Source: Trichormus sp.
GTDB taxonomy: Bacteria > Cyanobacteriota > Cyanobacteriia > Cyanobacteriales > Nostocaceae
Assembly: GCA_050633005.1 (NCBI GenBank)
Contig: JBODRP010000003.1
Span: 2,101-66,100, forward strand
Direction: 5' to 3'
Length of the DNA stretch: 64,000 bases
The notes beneath the pieces are model-generated. The model saw only the letters and a list, made by a program, of their open reading frames with translations. It was not told the origin of the DNA and ran no database searches. Each line of letters begins with the position of its first letter. The stretch's first letter is position 1. The position numbers were made by a program, and so were the translations under genes. Shown in pieces: positions 11,068-21,722 of this stretch.

Positions 11068-12150
11068 ATGACTAAAAGACGCAATTTTTTACAAGGATTA
11101 ACAGCACTATCGACTTTATCTTTAGCTAGTTGTGGCTGGAGATTAGCTGATGTGCGCGCTTCTACTAGTTCTGGACGCACCGACCAGTTATATTTATTTA
11201 CTTGGACACAATATGCTGATCAGGAATTATTACAAAACTTCAGTACTCAAACTGCGATGAAGGTATTAGTAGATACCTATGAATCAAATGAGGTGATGTT
11301 AGCTAAAGTATTAGCTGGAGGTGGTGGTAGTTATAGCTTGATTTATCCATCTGATTATATGGTGGAGAAGATGGTAGACAAAAATTTATTAATAGAATTA
11401 GAACACGATCGCCTGATTGGTTTAGATAATTTATTACCTGAGTTTCAAAATCCTAGTTACGACCCAAAAAACCGTTATAGTATCCCTTTTAATTGGGGAA
11501 CAACAGGCTTAGTATATAACTCTGAAGTCCTCAAAGAAGCACCGGAAGACTGGGATTATCTGTGGAAAAATAAAGAGTTACTGTATAAGCGCATGACATT
11601 ATTAAGTGATGTGCGGGAAGTCATGGGCGCAGTATTGCGAATGTTGGGTTATTCCTACAACTCACAAAACGAAAATCAAATTAAACAAGCTTATGAAAAA
11701 TTAAAGGAATTAAAACCAGCGATCGCATCCTTTGATACTGATGCTTGGCAAAATCAAATTTTAGCAGGTGATCTAGTTTTAGCAATGTGTTATTCTGCCG
11801 ATGCCATTAGAATCAGTAAGGAAAATCCCAAGATAAAATATGTAATTCCTCGTAGTGGTTCATCACTATGGACAGACACAATAGTAATTCCTAAATCAGC
11901 ACCAAATATAGATGGTGCTTATGCTTGGATGAACTTTATTTTACAACCAGAAATAGCAGCTAAAATTAGCCAAAGATTAAAAATTGCTACCCCAAATAGT
12001 GAAGGATTTGAACTGTTACCAAATGAAGTTAAGAATAATCTTAATTTATTTCCACCACAAGCGATTTTAGAAAAATGTGAACGACTCAGTCCTTTAGGGC
12101 AATTTGAAGAGATTTATGAGCAATATTGGACACGATTAAGGAGCAGTTAA
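11068..12150 (+). CDS. potD: Polyamine ABC transporter substrate-binding protein
   Basis: Tat/lipoprotein-like leader; PSDYMV, WGTTG, LWTDTIVIP. Confidence 0.88.
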   Translation: MTKRRNFLQGLTALSTLSLASCGWRLADVRASTSSGRTDQLYLFTWTQYADQELLQNFSTQTAMKVLVDTYESNEVMLAKVLAGGGGSYSLIYPSDYMVEKMVDKNLLIELEHDRLIGLDNLLPEFQNPSYDPKNRYSIPFNWGTTGLVYNSEVLKEAPEDWDYLWKNKELLYKRMTLLSDVREVMGAVLRMLGYSYNSQNENQIKQAYEKLKELKPAIASFDTDAWQNQILAGDLVLAMCYSADAIRISKENPKIKYVIPRSGSSLWTDTIVIPKSAPNIDGAYAWMNFILQPEIAAKISQRLKIATPNSEGFELLPNEVKNNLNLFPPQAILEKCERLSPLGQFEEIYEQYWTRLRSS

Positions 12151-12429
12151 AATAATTCGTAATTCGTAATCTCACATCTTGCACCTCGGTTAAAAACCGG
12201 GTTTCTTGCAAATCCCTCAGCTTAAAACATTAATCTTTCGTTCAGAAACCCGGTTTTTTAGGGCTTTTTAGGGCTTGTTGAGATTAATTATCATTGGGCA
12301 TAAAAAATATAATCTACCTTGTCTACCTTGTCTACCTTGTCTACCGATGCCCCATGCCCAAAATTCTTTAATTTTGAATTTTGAATTTTGAATTTTGAAT
12401 TTTTCTGCCCCATTCCCAATGCTTAAAAT

Positions 12430-13320
12430 ATGCCTACCAAAATTCGTAATTTTGAAAACCTAGAATTAAATCGCCACGGATTTAATTGGCTGCAACCTTT
12501 AACATTACTTGCACCTGCTGGTGTTTGGTTATTGTTGTTACTGGTACTACCGACGCTGATTATTTTTCAGTTAAGTTTAGTCCCAGATATTCGACCAGGT
12601 GATCTAGTCAACCCAAGTGGATTTGATAACTATATTCGCATTTTTGATCCTCTATACTTGAAAGTAATTGTGCGATCGCTATCTTTAGCAGGTAGCACAA
12701 CAATTGTCTGTTTAATTCTGGGTTTTCCTGTTGCTTATTGGATTGCTCAAATTGCGCCGCAACGTTGGCGAAACTTATTATTATTGGGTTTTGTTTTACC
12801 TTTGTGGACTTCTTCTCTACTGCGTTCCTATGCTTGGATTAGTATTTTGCGTCCTACGGGTTTATTAAATACTCTGCTGAGTAATCTAGGCTTACCCACT
12901 TTACAATTACTCAACAGCGTGCCAGCTGTATTAATTGGTATGAGTTACAGCTTATTACCCTACATGGTGTTAATCTTATATGCTTCCCTAGAAAAGTTAG
13001 ATAAGCGTTTACTAGAAGCAGCAGCAGATTTAGGGGCAAATCCCATCCAGGCTTTTTGGAAAGTCACAGTCCCCCAAATTTTACCAGGAATTATGGCTGG
13101 TTGTTTGCTAGTGTTTATCACAGGTTTAGGGGATTTTATTGATCCTGAGTTGCTGGGCGGGAGTTCTAGTATGACGGCGGCGCGGTTAGTTTATATGCAG
13201 TTTCTTGGAGTTACTCAAAATTGGGGATTTGGTTCAGCTTTGAGTATGAGTTTAATTTTAGCGGTGAGTGTGGCGATCGCTCTACTGATTAGATTTGGTG
13301 AAGCTACACCTAAACAGTAA
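12430..13320 (+). CDS. potB: Polyamine ABC transporter permease
   Basis: LPLWTSSLLRSYAW, LLEAAADLGA EAA motif, NWGFGSA. Confidence 0.88.
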   Translation: MPTKIRNFENLELNRHGFNWLQPLTLLAPAGVWLLLLLVLPTLIIFQLSLVPDIRPGDLVNPSGFDNYIRIFDPLYLKVIVRSLSLAGSTTIVCLILGFPVAYWIAQIAPQRWRNLLLLGFVLPLWTSSLLRSYAWISILRPTGLLNTLLSNLGLPTLQLLNSVPAVLIGMSYSLLPYMVLILYASLEKLDKRLLEAAADLGANPIQAFWKVTVPQILPGIMAGCLLVFITGLGDFIDPELLGGSSSMTAARLVYMQFLGVTQNWGFGSALSMSLILAVSVAIALLIRFGEATPKQ

Positions 13321-13409
13321 GTCAGTTATCAGTTATCAGTTATCAGTCAAAATAATAATTACGAATTACGTAGCTTGCTTCTCGCTTTGCGAGTATTACG
13401 AATTACGAA

Positions 13410-15986
13410 TTACTCAATTGCGCCCCTTACTAATATAACTGTACTATTAACATTAGAGGCGATCGCTTCTGGGATGTTACCTTGAATTGCTTGTTGTAAT
13501 AAGCCTTCACGGGAAGCACCTAAGACTACCACATCAAAACCTTGATTCTCCACTAAGTTAATTATCCCCTCAGCTACAGAATCAGCTTGTACGGGAGTAG
13601 CAATCACTGTACTGGATAATTGGCGGCGGCGCATCAGTTGGCGGATGGCTTGTTCAATAACTGTCATATCTGGCTTGAACTCAAATGGTTTAAACACCCG
13701 TGTTAAACAAATTTTGGGATGATCTCCCAAGGTGACTAAAGCTGGTAATAATTTAATTGCTACCCTGGCGTTAGGGCCTCCAGCCATTGGAACTAGCCAA
13801 CGGTTGAAGGCGTGTTGACTCTCACCTAGTTTTACTAACACTACATCACAGGTGGCTTGACGGATGATGGTATCTACGACATTACCGAAAATTCGGCCGG
13901 GGGTGGAGGTGTTACCTTTCCAACCCATGAGAATTAAGTCTATGTGATTTTCGTTGATGGTTTCTAAGATAGCTTGGGCGGAGTCATGGGCGACGCGAAT
14001 TTGGGTATGTAGGGGAATGTGCAATTTTTTGGCTAAGACTTCCGCTTGTCTGAGGAGACGACGACTTTTAGCAGTTCTGACAGAGGTTTCCGAGGGGGGA
14101 CTGTGGCGGGATACTAAGATAACTTGCACACATTCTATTTCATAGTGGCGATCGCGGGCAATGGCGGCGGCCATTTCTAATAATATGCCTGCGGTTTCGG
14201 GGTTAGCGACGGGGACTAATAATCTACCTCTGCCGATGCTAGGCGATCGCGTTTGGTAAACTACATAGGAAGGCTCTGGTTGTGGCCCTGGGATGAGGTT
14301 TTTACCATTGAGATGATCTGCTTCAGCGCGAATGATATCGGCACGGGTAATAATCCCAATCAGTTTTTTCCCCTCTACGACTGGTAAGCGACTCAGTTGA
14401 TATCTATCAAGTAGATACAACACATTACTCAAGTTGTGTAAAGGTGTCACCGTCATGGGATTGGCGGTCATAATCTTTCTCAGAGAGGTATCCTTTTTTA
14501 CGTGGCGATTTTGGATTTTTGTTAAATCTGATTGGGTGACAATTCCTACCAGTTTGTTATTTTCCACCACTGGGAAACCCCGATGATGGGAAGTAGAAAA
14601 GGCTTGTGTGGCTTCTTCCAGGGTCATATCTGCATCTAGAGTTTCTACCCGTTGCTGCATCACATCTTTGGCGGTTAGCTGACTTAAAACCCCTTCTACA
14701 GAAACTTCTTTGGTTAAGGTGATACCATTGAGTTGCAACAGCTTTTCATACAATGAACCCGGAAATACTTTATCTGCTACTAAATAAGCTGTCACTACCA
14801 CAATCATCAAAGGTAGTACCAGATTAAAATCAGTAGTCATTTCAAATACAATCACAATAGCAGTGATTGGCACTTTAGAAACCGCACTAAAAAATCCTCC
14901 CATCCCCGCCAAAGCATAGGTGATGGGTGAACCTTGAGCTAAAATCTGCTGAGAAAGTACCCCTACCAAGTGACCCAAGACCGAACCTAAAATTAGACTA
15001 GGTGCAAATAACCCGCCAGGTGCGCCCGAACCAAAGGCTACTAAGGTGAGGAGAAACTGACATACAAACGCGATCGCTGCTATGCTAGGGTGTAAATCAC
15101 CTGTAACAATATATTCTCGTAAACCAGTATTATCACGAAAATACTCTGGCAAAAAAGAGACAACTAGCCCAGAAATTAAGCCAGCTAAAGCCATCCTCAA
15201 GGGTAAAGTAATATGCAGCCGTCGATAAACTTTGATACTAAAAATCAAGCCTCGATTAAATAATGCTCCCAGTAACCCCGCTAAAACACCCAACATCAAA
15301 AAAAAGGGGATTTCCGTAAAGTAAAATCCACTCGAATAATTCATCAATTCAATACTTAAATTAAAACTGCCACCACCCAACAACCGCGACACCACCCCAC
15401 CAATAAACGCCGCGATAATGGCAGTACCTAAAGTCAGTCCCGATAAATCTTGTAGTAATTCCTCAATAATGAACAATACACCAGCAATAGGAGCATTGAA
15501 CGCCGCCGCCAACCCTGCCCCTGCACCAGCCGCAATCATTTGTCGGCGATGGTCAGGAGAAGTAGGAACTAAGCTACTCATCCCTGCCGCCAAAGCTGCT
15601 CCTACTTGCACTGTTGGCCCCTGCCTACCGAGAGTCATTCCTGAGCCTAAGACAATAATGGCACTGAATAGCTTGACAAATGCTACACGCCATGATAAAT
15701 TCATCGGCACATTAGCCAAAGTCGCCTTGACTTGGGGAATACCACTACCTGCCGCCTCTGGTGCTAACCTTTGTACCAACCAGCCAGCAAAAAAACCCAG
15801 GCTCATCCCTACCAATGGTAGTGCTAACCACACAGGTAAAACCTGGGGTACTTGCACTCGCAATGCACCCAGCGAACCAGAACCAACTTTTAGAAACACG
15901 GCAGATAATGCCGCCACTACCCCGATAATACAAGCTTCTGCGATCGCTAGACCCTTTCTCGGTTGCAACCAGCTGCGAAAGTGCAT
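13410..15986 (-). CDS. ClC chloride channel/transporter with CBS pair and USP domains
   Basis: GSGIP, GRQGP, FNAPIAG and GLFAP ClC motifs; CBS repeats; C-terminal USP-like domains. Confidence 0.92.
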   Translation of the reverse strand: MHFRSWLQPRKGLAIAEACIIGVVAALSAVFLKVGSGSLGALRVQVPQVLPVWLALPLVGMSLGFFAGWLVQRLAPEAAGSGIPQVKATLANVPMNLSWRVAFVKLFSAIIVLGSGMTLGRQGPTVQVGAALAAGMSSLVPTSPDHRRQMIAAGAGAGLAAAFNAPIAGVLFIIEELLQDLSGLTLGTAIIAAFIGGVVSRLLGGGSFNLSIELMNYSSGFYFTEIPFFLMLGVLAGLLGALFNRGLIFSIKVYRRLHITLPLRMALAGLISGLVVSFLPEYFRDNTGLREYIVTGDLHPSIAAIAFVCQFLLTLVAFGSGAPGGLFAPSLILGSVLGHLVGVLSQQILAQGSPITYALAGMGGFFSAVSKVPITAIVIVFEMTTDFNLVLPLMIVVVTAYLVADKVFPGSLYEKLLQLNGITLTKEVSVEGVLSQLTAKDVMQQRVETLDADMTLEEATQAFSTSHHRGFPVVENNKLVGIVTQSDLTKIQNRHVKKDTSLRKIMTANPMTVTPLHNLSNVLYLLDRYQLSRLPVVEGKKLIGIITRADIIRAEADHLNGKNLIPGPQPEPSYVVYQTRSPSIGRGRLLVPVANPETAGILLEMAAAIARDRHYEIECVQVILVSRHSPPSETSVRTAKSRRLLRQAEVLAKKLHIPLHTQIRVAHDSAQAILETINENHIDLILMGWKGNTSTPGRIFGNVVDTIIRQATCDVVLVKLGESQHAFNRWLVPMAGGPNARVAIKLLPALVTLGDHPKICLTRVFKPFEFKPDMTVIEQAIRQLMRRRQLSSTVIATPVQADSVAEGIINLVENQGFDVVVLGASREGLLQQAIQGNIPEAIASNVNSTVILVRGAIE

Positions 15987-16173
15987 AATAATTCGTAATA
16001 CCCTCCGGGAAGCAAGCTACGTAATTCGTTAATTGGTATCGAATTTATTTTCTTCAAAAAAACTGTCTTTCCCATCCGCAATTGCTCCCTGCTCCCTGCT
16101 CCCTGCTCCCTGCCCCCTGCCCCCTGCCCCCTTGCCATCAAGGTGATAGTATATTTTTTTAACTGGAAGTCTC

Positions 16174-17529
16174 TTAATTATTTCTCCCCGTTGTTGATAG
16201 TCCTTCTACGATCAAAGATGGTGTGTAGCAAGAACCGTTCCAATCAGCATCACTACCTAATTCTACTTGCTTGAGGGCGGCGTAGATGTTACCTGCCACC
16301 ATCGTATCTTTAATACGTCCGATAACTTCACCTTTACGGACACGATAACCTAATTCGATGTTGATGGAAAAGTCTCCAGAAATACCGCCACCACTACCTA
16401 GCATTTGATCGATAATTAAGCCATCATCCATTTGTTGGATTAATTCCTGTAATGATGCCTGACCGGGTTGGATGAGGAAGTTAAATAAACCAGGGGTGGG
16501 ATAGCTGCTTAAAGTCGGACGGAAACCATTCCCAGTTGTACCTGTTTCCAGTTTGCTGCCAGTACTGCGATCGCAATAATATTCCTGTAATATCCCCTTT
16601 TCTACAAATACTAATGGCTTTGTGGGTGTCCCCTCATCATCAAAAGGGCAACTGTAAGGCCCTGCTTGGGGGTCTTGATAAAGGGTGATATGAGGATCTA
16701 TTACTTGTGTCCCTAGCTTTTCTGCCCAAGGGGAAGCTGATTCTAGTACCCGCTTACCATTTAAAGCGGCTTGGGCTGTTCCCCAGAGCATATCAGCTGC
16801 TTTACCAGTAAACAACACCGGCACACGACGATTAGGGGATGAAACGTTATGTTTAGCCCAAATCAATCTTTGTAAAATTTGCTCGGCTAATTTCTCTGGC
16901 TCTAAAGTGTCACGCTGGGTTTGACCATCCGCGACACTTAAAAAATCATCTCCTCGCACCCACTCAGCTGATAGATAACAACTTAGTGTAGTATCTGTGT
17001 AATAACAATCTAACCCTTGACTGTTAACCAATCTTGTGCTTTCAGTATCACATTCCCAATCACTATTACAGACGACATCTGGATAAACATCACGGATAAT
17101 AGCGATCGCTTCCTTACCCCAATTCACCAACACATCCATAGGTACAGATGTACCTAGATCGGGATAATTGGGCTGAAAATCCCTAACTAATTCTAAGACT
17201 TCTGGTGGGTTAAGTTGGCTGAGGGCGATCGCTCTTTCCACCATCAATTGTGGCTGCACAGAACCATAAGCTACCGTGAGTCCTGGACGACCATTGCACC
17301 ATAGGCGTAGTGCTGTGCCTTCAGATTGACTAGTTTCTAGCTGTTTGAGCCGGTTAGCCTCAAAAAAAACCGGGCGAGAAAGCGATCTTGACTGATATAC
17401 CTCAGCTGCTTCCGCTCCCGATTTTATAGCTAACTCCAGCAGTTGTTCTGCTAGTGTATCCTGTGACAAATTTTCAGAACCCATGACCCTCGGTGAATTG
17501 TGGATTTTGGATCGTGAACCGCACATCAA
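16174..17529 (-). CDS. TldD/PmbA family protein
   Basis: PFDDEGTP and SGDFS motifs; true start may be a downstream ATG (MGSENL). Confidence 0.88.
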   Translation of the reverse strand: MMCGSRSKIHNSPRVMGSENLSQDTLAEQLLELAIKSGAEAAEVYQSRSLSRPVFFEANRLKQLETSQSEGTALRLWCNGRPGLTVAYGSVQPQLMVERAIALSQLNPPEVLELVRDFQPNYPDLGTSVPMDVLVNWGKEAIAIIRDVYPDVVCNSDWECDTESTRLVNSQGLDCYYTDTTLSCYLSAEWVRGDDFLSVADGQTQRDTLEPEKLAEQILQRLIWAKHNVSSPNRRVPVLFTGKAADMLWGTAQAALNGKRVLESASPWAEKLGTQVIDPHITLYQDPQAGPYSCPFDDEGTPTKPLVFVEKGILQEYYCDRSTGSKLETGTTGNGFRPTLSSYPTPGLFNFLIQPGQASLQELIQQMDDGLIIDQMLGSGGGISGDFSINIELGYRVRKGEVIGRIKDTMVAGNIYAALKQVELGSDADWNGSCYTPSLIVEGLSTTGRNN

Positions 17530-17859
17530 CGCAGATCATTATCCCAAATCATTAGCTATTATCCGCATAAATTAACATTTGCCAAATTCGCAATGCACAC
17601 GGACGCAGATAATTATCCCAAATGATTGGTGTTTCTCAGCATTTATTAGGGAATAGGGGGGCAGGGGGCAGGGGGCAAGGGGAGACAAGGGGGACAAGGG
17701 GAGATTTTTACCCCAATGCCCAATTCCCAATGCCCAATGCCCAATGCCCAATGCCCAATGCCCAATGCCCAATGCCCCATGCCCCATGCCCAATTACCAA
17801 AATTCTTTAATTTTGAATTTTGAATTTTGAATTTTGAATTTTCCTGCCCCATGCCCGCA

Positions 17860-18723
17860 TTAAAACACATTCATCTCTTGTAAAAGCCAAAATCCAGCGA
17901 AAGCTTCCGCTTCAGGATCAGATTGCACCCCTAGAAAATGTACTCCATTGGCTTGCTGCTTGGCGGCTTCAAAACCTTTGGCTTCCGCGAGGGTGGTGGG
18001 ATTTTTAATATTGGCTAAAATCCAACTTTCTGTAGTACCAGTTTCTAAAACTAATCTTGTGCCTTGCTTGGTATCAATCCTCAAAAATGCTAACTCTAAA
18101 CCAGACATCCAACCAGCCAAGGGTAAGGCTCTCGGAGAAAAAATCAAGATGCCAGGAATGCGGGTTTCTGGTGATAATTTTGCCAACTCTAGGGGGAAGG
18201 CTTCACCAAAACCAATATCCCACTCTGGCATCTCAGCCAACTCCCCAGCAGATAAAGAGACAAATACCCATTGTTGCCCTTCCAAAGCATCAGGCAATCT
18301 TTGAGGTAAAGGACTTTCCAAACGCACTGAAGGATTTGTTCCTCCTTGATAGCCAGGCTCTTGGGGATAAACCTCATCCATACGCTGTTGCAGCCATTGG
18401 TTCAGTATCAAAGTCCGACGGCTAGACAGGGCAGGAATACCCAAATCTTCGCAAGCTTTGATAATCATATTATTCATTTGGCGGCGGAAAAAGCGAATTT
18501 TAATAGGTGCTTCCCCAGCTTTATCTATTGCCTCCTGTAATGCTGTCCGTAGCCAACCTGAGTTTACCTGTGTACTAGGACAATATTTTGCATACCGGAA
18601 TAAAGAATCTAAGTTTGTGCGGATATCTAAAGGGCTTTCACAAACCAAGACTTCCCAAACTTTTTTTTGATTTTCGTCCAAAATCGGACGGGAGTAAAAA
18701 TCTATTTCCCAAATACTACCCAT
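17860..18723 (-). CDS. Tab2/ATAB2 family RNA-binding protein
   Basis: [21 protein letters not shown]-terminus and FAGFWLL C-terminus. Confidence 0.9.
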   Translation of the reverse strand: MGSIWEIDFYSRPILDENQKKVWEVLVCESPLDIRTNLDSLFRYAKYCPSTQVNSGWLRTALQEAIDKAGEAPIKIRFFRRQMNNMIIKACEDLGIPALSSRRTLILNQWLQQRMDEVYPQEPGYQGGTNPSVRLESPLPQRLPDALEGQQWVFVSLSAGELAEMPEWDIGFGEAFPLELAKLSPETRIPGILIFSPRALPLAGWMSGLELAFLRIDTKQGTRLVLETGTTESWILANIKNPTTLAEAKGFEAAKQQANGVHFLGVQSDPEAEAFAGFWLLQEMNVF

Positions 18724-18879
18724 GTTTTGCCGTAAAAATCTGGCGAGTTGATATTTTGTTTATATTCCCACTCTACCCCTTTGGGGCAATTCAAAATACC
18801 CTTTGCTACGCAACGCTAACGCGAACAGGAAGGCTTCCGCCTACAAAATCCACTCATTGAATTGCCCCATGCCCAAAAA

Positions 18880-19560
18880 TTAAACCTTTAATTGCGTGAC
18901 GGCAATATTACCGGAGAAACAAACATCTACATCACTTCCTGGCGTGCGATCGCGTTTGCCATATTCCCCGACATAATAAAAATCATCACCATCAATACGA
19001 TAGTTGACTGGTAAAGGTTTATTACATGGTTGACAAAATACTATCTCCGGTTCTGGTTCTCCTGGTTGGAGATGGGGTAAATTCACATTCCAAAAACATC
19101 CCGCTTCTAGGGGACGCTGGAGTAAATCAGCTAACACTTCCACAGTTAACTGGGCTGCACACTCCCAATCAAAATTTTGCTTGGCTTTACGATAGTGAGA
19201 AATAGCAATACCGGGGATACCGTGCATAGCAGCTTCTCTCACAGCCGCCACAGTCCCAGAAATGTAAGCATCAACCCCCAAGTTACCGCCTGCATTGATT
19301 CCCGATAAGACAAATTTGGTATCTACACACAACTGGGTTAAAGCAATTCTGACACAATCAGCCGGAGTACCTGCGATCGCATACTCAAACTCAGAACGCT
19401 TTTGCAGGTTAATTGGACGAGTGGTAGTCACTTGATGACCACAACCAGATTGATGATGCTTCGGTGCAGCAATAATAACTTTTTTACCTTTTACAGCCTG
19501 AGCTAAAGCTTTAATTCCTGGAGCATCAATACCGTCATCGTTAGTTAAAATTATGGACAT
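18880..19560 (-). CDS. surE: 5'/3'-nucleotidase SurE
   Basis: LTNDDGIDAPG, GTPADCV, SGINAGGN, SGTVAA. Confidence 0.93.
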   Translation of the reverse strand: MSIILTNDDGIDAPGIKALAQAVKGKKVIIAAPKHHQSGCGHQVTTTRPINLQKRSEFEYAIAGTPADCVRIALTQLCVDTKFVLSGINAGGNLGVDAYISGTVAAVREAAMHGIPGIAISHYRKAKQNFDWECAAQLTVEVLADLLQRPLEAGCFWNVNLPHLQPGEPEPEIVFCQPCNKPLPVNYRIDGDDFYYVGEYGKRDRTPGSDVDVCFSGNIAVTQLKV

Positions 19561-19747
19561 AATAATAATTCGTAATTCGTAATACTCGCAAAGCGAGAAG
19601 CAAGCTACGTAATTCGTAATACCCTTTCCTGCGGAACGCTACGGGGAAGCAAGCTACGTAATTTGTAAAATATCCCTTGTCTCCCTTGTCTCCCTTGTCT
19701 CTCTTGTCTCCCTGCGAAAATTAATATGCAAATTAAACAACACCTTA

Positions 19748-20662
19748 CTAAATTTTTTCAGTTGCGTCCCAGTCGGTGAGAAAATTCCAGTCTTGGTCAT
19801 CTTTCTCTGTTTCAGGGTGTTGATCACCTCGTTCTTTTCCTTGCAATAAATTTTCATAGTCGCCTGATTCTACCCATTTCAAAAGTTCAGAGGCTCTCAT
19901 TACTGTCCAGGGTAGGAGATGTTCCATAAAGCTAAAGGTCTTAGCAAATTGACCTAAACTATCAAGATTATTAAATTCAAAAGCACGAGCTTGGGTGACA
20001 AAGTCATTAATTGTATCTTCATTTAAATATTCTTGTGGTAAGCCACCCAATTTCATCAAAGCAGTAATGGCCACATCTAGATTTTGACACGCCAATAAAC
20101 CAGCGCGATCGGCGGTAAATTTGGCCATTACTATCCAGTTGTATAAAGCAATTTCTATCCCATTAACGGCTAATCCACCCATCCCCAATGTTGTGCTACT
20201 AATTAAGTTCTTCAGCACCGGCATCACATGAGCCATTTGCTGGTATGCCAAGTATTTACCTTTAATTCGTGCAACTTCGTGTCCAAACACAAACAATAAT
20301 TCATCATGGGAAAGCCATTCCATTCCTTCCAGATTTATCCCTACTACTGGCTTTTCCACTCCCACAGCATAGGCTTTAATGTATCCAGTACCAGGAAACA
20401 AGAAGAGTTCGGGAATGGGAGTAATATCTAAAATGTTACACGTTTCTACAAAAGCATCATAAAGACTGGGAAAATTACGCCTCGTGACTTTAAACTCACC
20501 ACCAGTGATTTGCATCCGTAGTAATTTATCAATGCCATACTCATTGACCTTTTTCAAGAATAAAGGTAATACTGGCGTTTTCTCTAAAGCCACCAAGGCT
20601 TTGTGGTCAAATGGATGCTCATAAAACTCTGTTTTCAACCCGGAGAATTGTTTTTTTGGCAT
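19748..20662 (-). CDS. M48-family peptidase homologue with degenerate zinc site
   Basis: YEHPFD, GHEVAR (HEXXH position), FTADRAGLLAC. Confidence 0.75.
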   Translation of the reverse strand: MPKKQFSGLKTEFYEHPFDHKALVALEKTPVLPLFLKKVNEYGIDKLLRMQITGGEFKVTRRNFPSLYDAFVETCNILDITPIPELFLFPGTGYIKAYAVGVEKPVVGINLEGMEWLSHDELLFVFGHEVARIKGKYLAYQQMAHVMPVLKNLISSTTLGMGGLAVNGIEIALYNWIVMAKFTADRAGLLACQNLDVAITALMKLGGLPQEYLNEDTINDFVTQARAFEFNNLDSLGQFAKTFSFMEHLLPWTVMRASELLKWVESGDYENLLQGKERGDQHPETEKDDQDWNFLTDWDATEKI

Positions 20663-20820
20663 AGGTTTGTGTATTTAGCACAATAAAATTTAATATAAAC
20701 TCACAACTATTTAGTAAACATATCAGAAAGAGGATCTCAGAAGATGATGAGCGATCGCGCTTGAGGTTCTGGCACTGTATTGACTGGGCTAAATGTTCAC
20801 TAAATGCCATAACTATCTTG

Positions 20821-20850
20821 AATACTTTAGTCTGTAGAACTTTTGTATTC
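20821..20850 (+). promoter_or_regulatory. Candidate C-box operator upstream of controller gene
   Basis: AATAC-TTTAGTC-TGTAGA-ACTTTT-GTATT dyad ending about 20 bp upstream of the HTH gene ATG. Confidence 0.4.
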
Positions 20851-20870
20851 AAAGTCATAATCTTTACTCT

Positions 20871-21116
20871 ATGCAGCCGAGTAACTTAGATCGGATTTTA
20901 GGACTAGAAATACAACGCCGTCGCATAGAGAAAGGTTGGTCACAGGAATATCTAGCAGAAATGACAGGTCTGCACAGAACCTATATTAGCCAGCTAGAAC
21001 GAGGGCTAAAAAGTCCATCTGTTAGAGTTCTCAATCACATCACAAATGCTTTGGACTTGACCATGAGTGAATTTTTGCAAGCCGTAGAGGAATTTTTAAA
21101 TGTTGACGGCAAATGA
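20871..21116 (+). CDS. XRE-family HTH protein, probable R-M controller (C protein)
   Basis: GWSQEYLAEMTGLHRTYISQLERGLKSPS; overlaps the start of the next ORF as in C-R operons. Confidence 0.8.
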   Translation: MQPSNLDRILGLEIQRRRIEKGWSQEYLAEMTGLHRTYISQLERGLKSPSVRVLNHITNALDLTMSEFLQAVEEFLNVDGK

Positions 21117-21468
21117 GATTGAAAGATTAAGGCAAGCTATTGTCGCCACCATCGCATCCCCTGTCATCGGTTCGATAGAAGACTATACTTGGGAAGCAAT
21201 TTTTCATTATGTTAAAGATATTCCTTTATCAGATCCAGTATTAGGGCGTAGCAAACTCCTCTATGATGCTGTTGATACTGCCACTTCGACAGGTTGGTCA
21301 CTCAAGTCTCTTCAATTAAACAATCTTACTGCTGTCAATATATTTTGGTTCGTTATTCAAAGAGCAGATATCATCAAAAAGGCTACTCAACTGGGTTTTC
21401 CTGGTTTGACTGAAAAATCCTCACCTGATGAACTAGGAGCAGCTATTATTCAAAGCTTTTGCTTCTAA
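21100..21468 (+). pseudogene. Truncated probable type II restriction endonuclease
   Basis: Follows the C-like gene; LYD...WSLKS resembles a PD-(D/E)XK variant; the end runs into the antisense of an MTase fragment. Confidence 0.5.
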
Positions 21469-21561
21469 ATCGATCGCACATAAAGATTCAAAACCTCCAA
21501 GGTGAAAACCTGTGGTTAGTCCACCCGCACCAGCAAATAAGTCAATAATCTGATTGGTCAT
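21433..21561 (-). pseudogene. N-terminal fragment of a C5 DNA cytosine methyltransferase
   Basis: Translates to MTNQIIDLFAGAGGLTTGFHLGGFESLCAIDLEAKAL (motifs I/II, FxGxGG) and then stops; not in the ORF track. Confidence 0.85.
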
Positions 21562-21722
21562 TATTGAATACTATAGTATTCAATAACTACTGTCAAGCAA
21601 CTCCTTCCATTAAGGATAGTAATTACAGAGTAAATCCTGAGTTAGATTAATCCGTGGAAGAGGTGATTTTGACATAAGTTATATAGTATTTTTGGTGCTA
21701 GTCGGTATTATAGGATCATCAA

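Noticed and set aside
9931..13320. Polyamine ABC cluster lacking potC
   Set aside because: potADB with unlinked potC is the known arrangement in Anabaena-type genomes
15418..16032. 204-aa + strand ORF and other antisense ORFs within long genes
   Set aside because: Shadow frames opposite well-supported CDSs
17572..17870. Short ORFs with repetitive translations (also 15947-16141, 22402-22599, 31344-31622, 33694-34074, 34659-35032, 50418-50794)
   Set aside because: Translations of STRR tandem repeats, not genes
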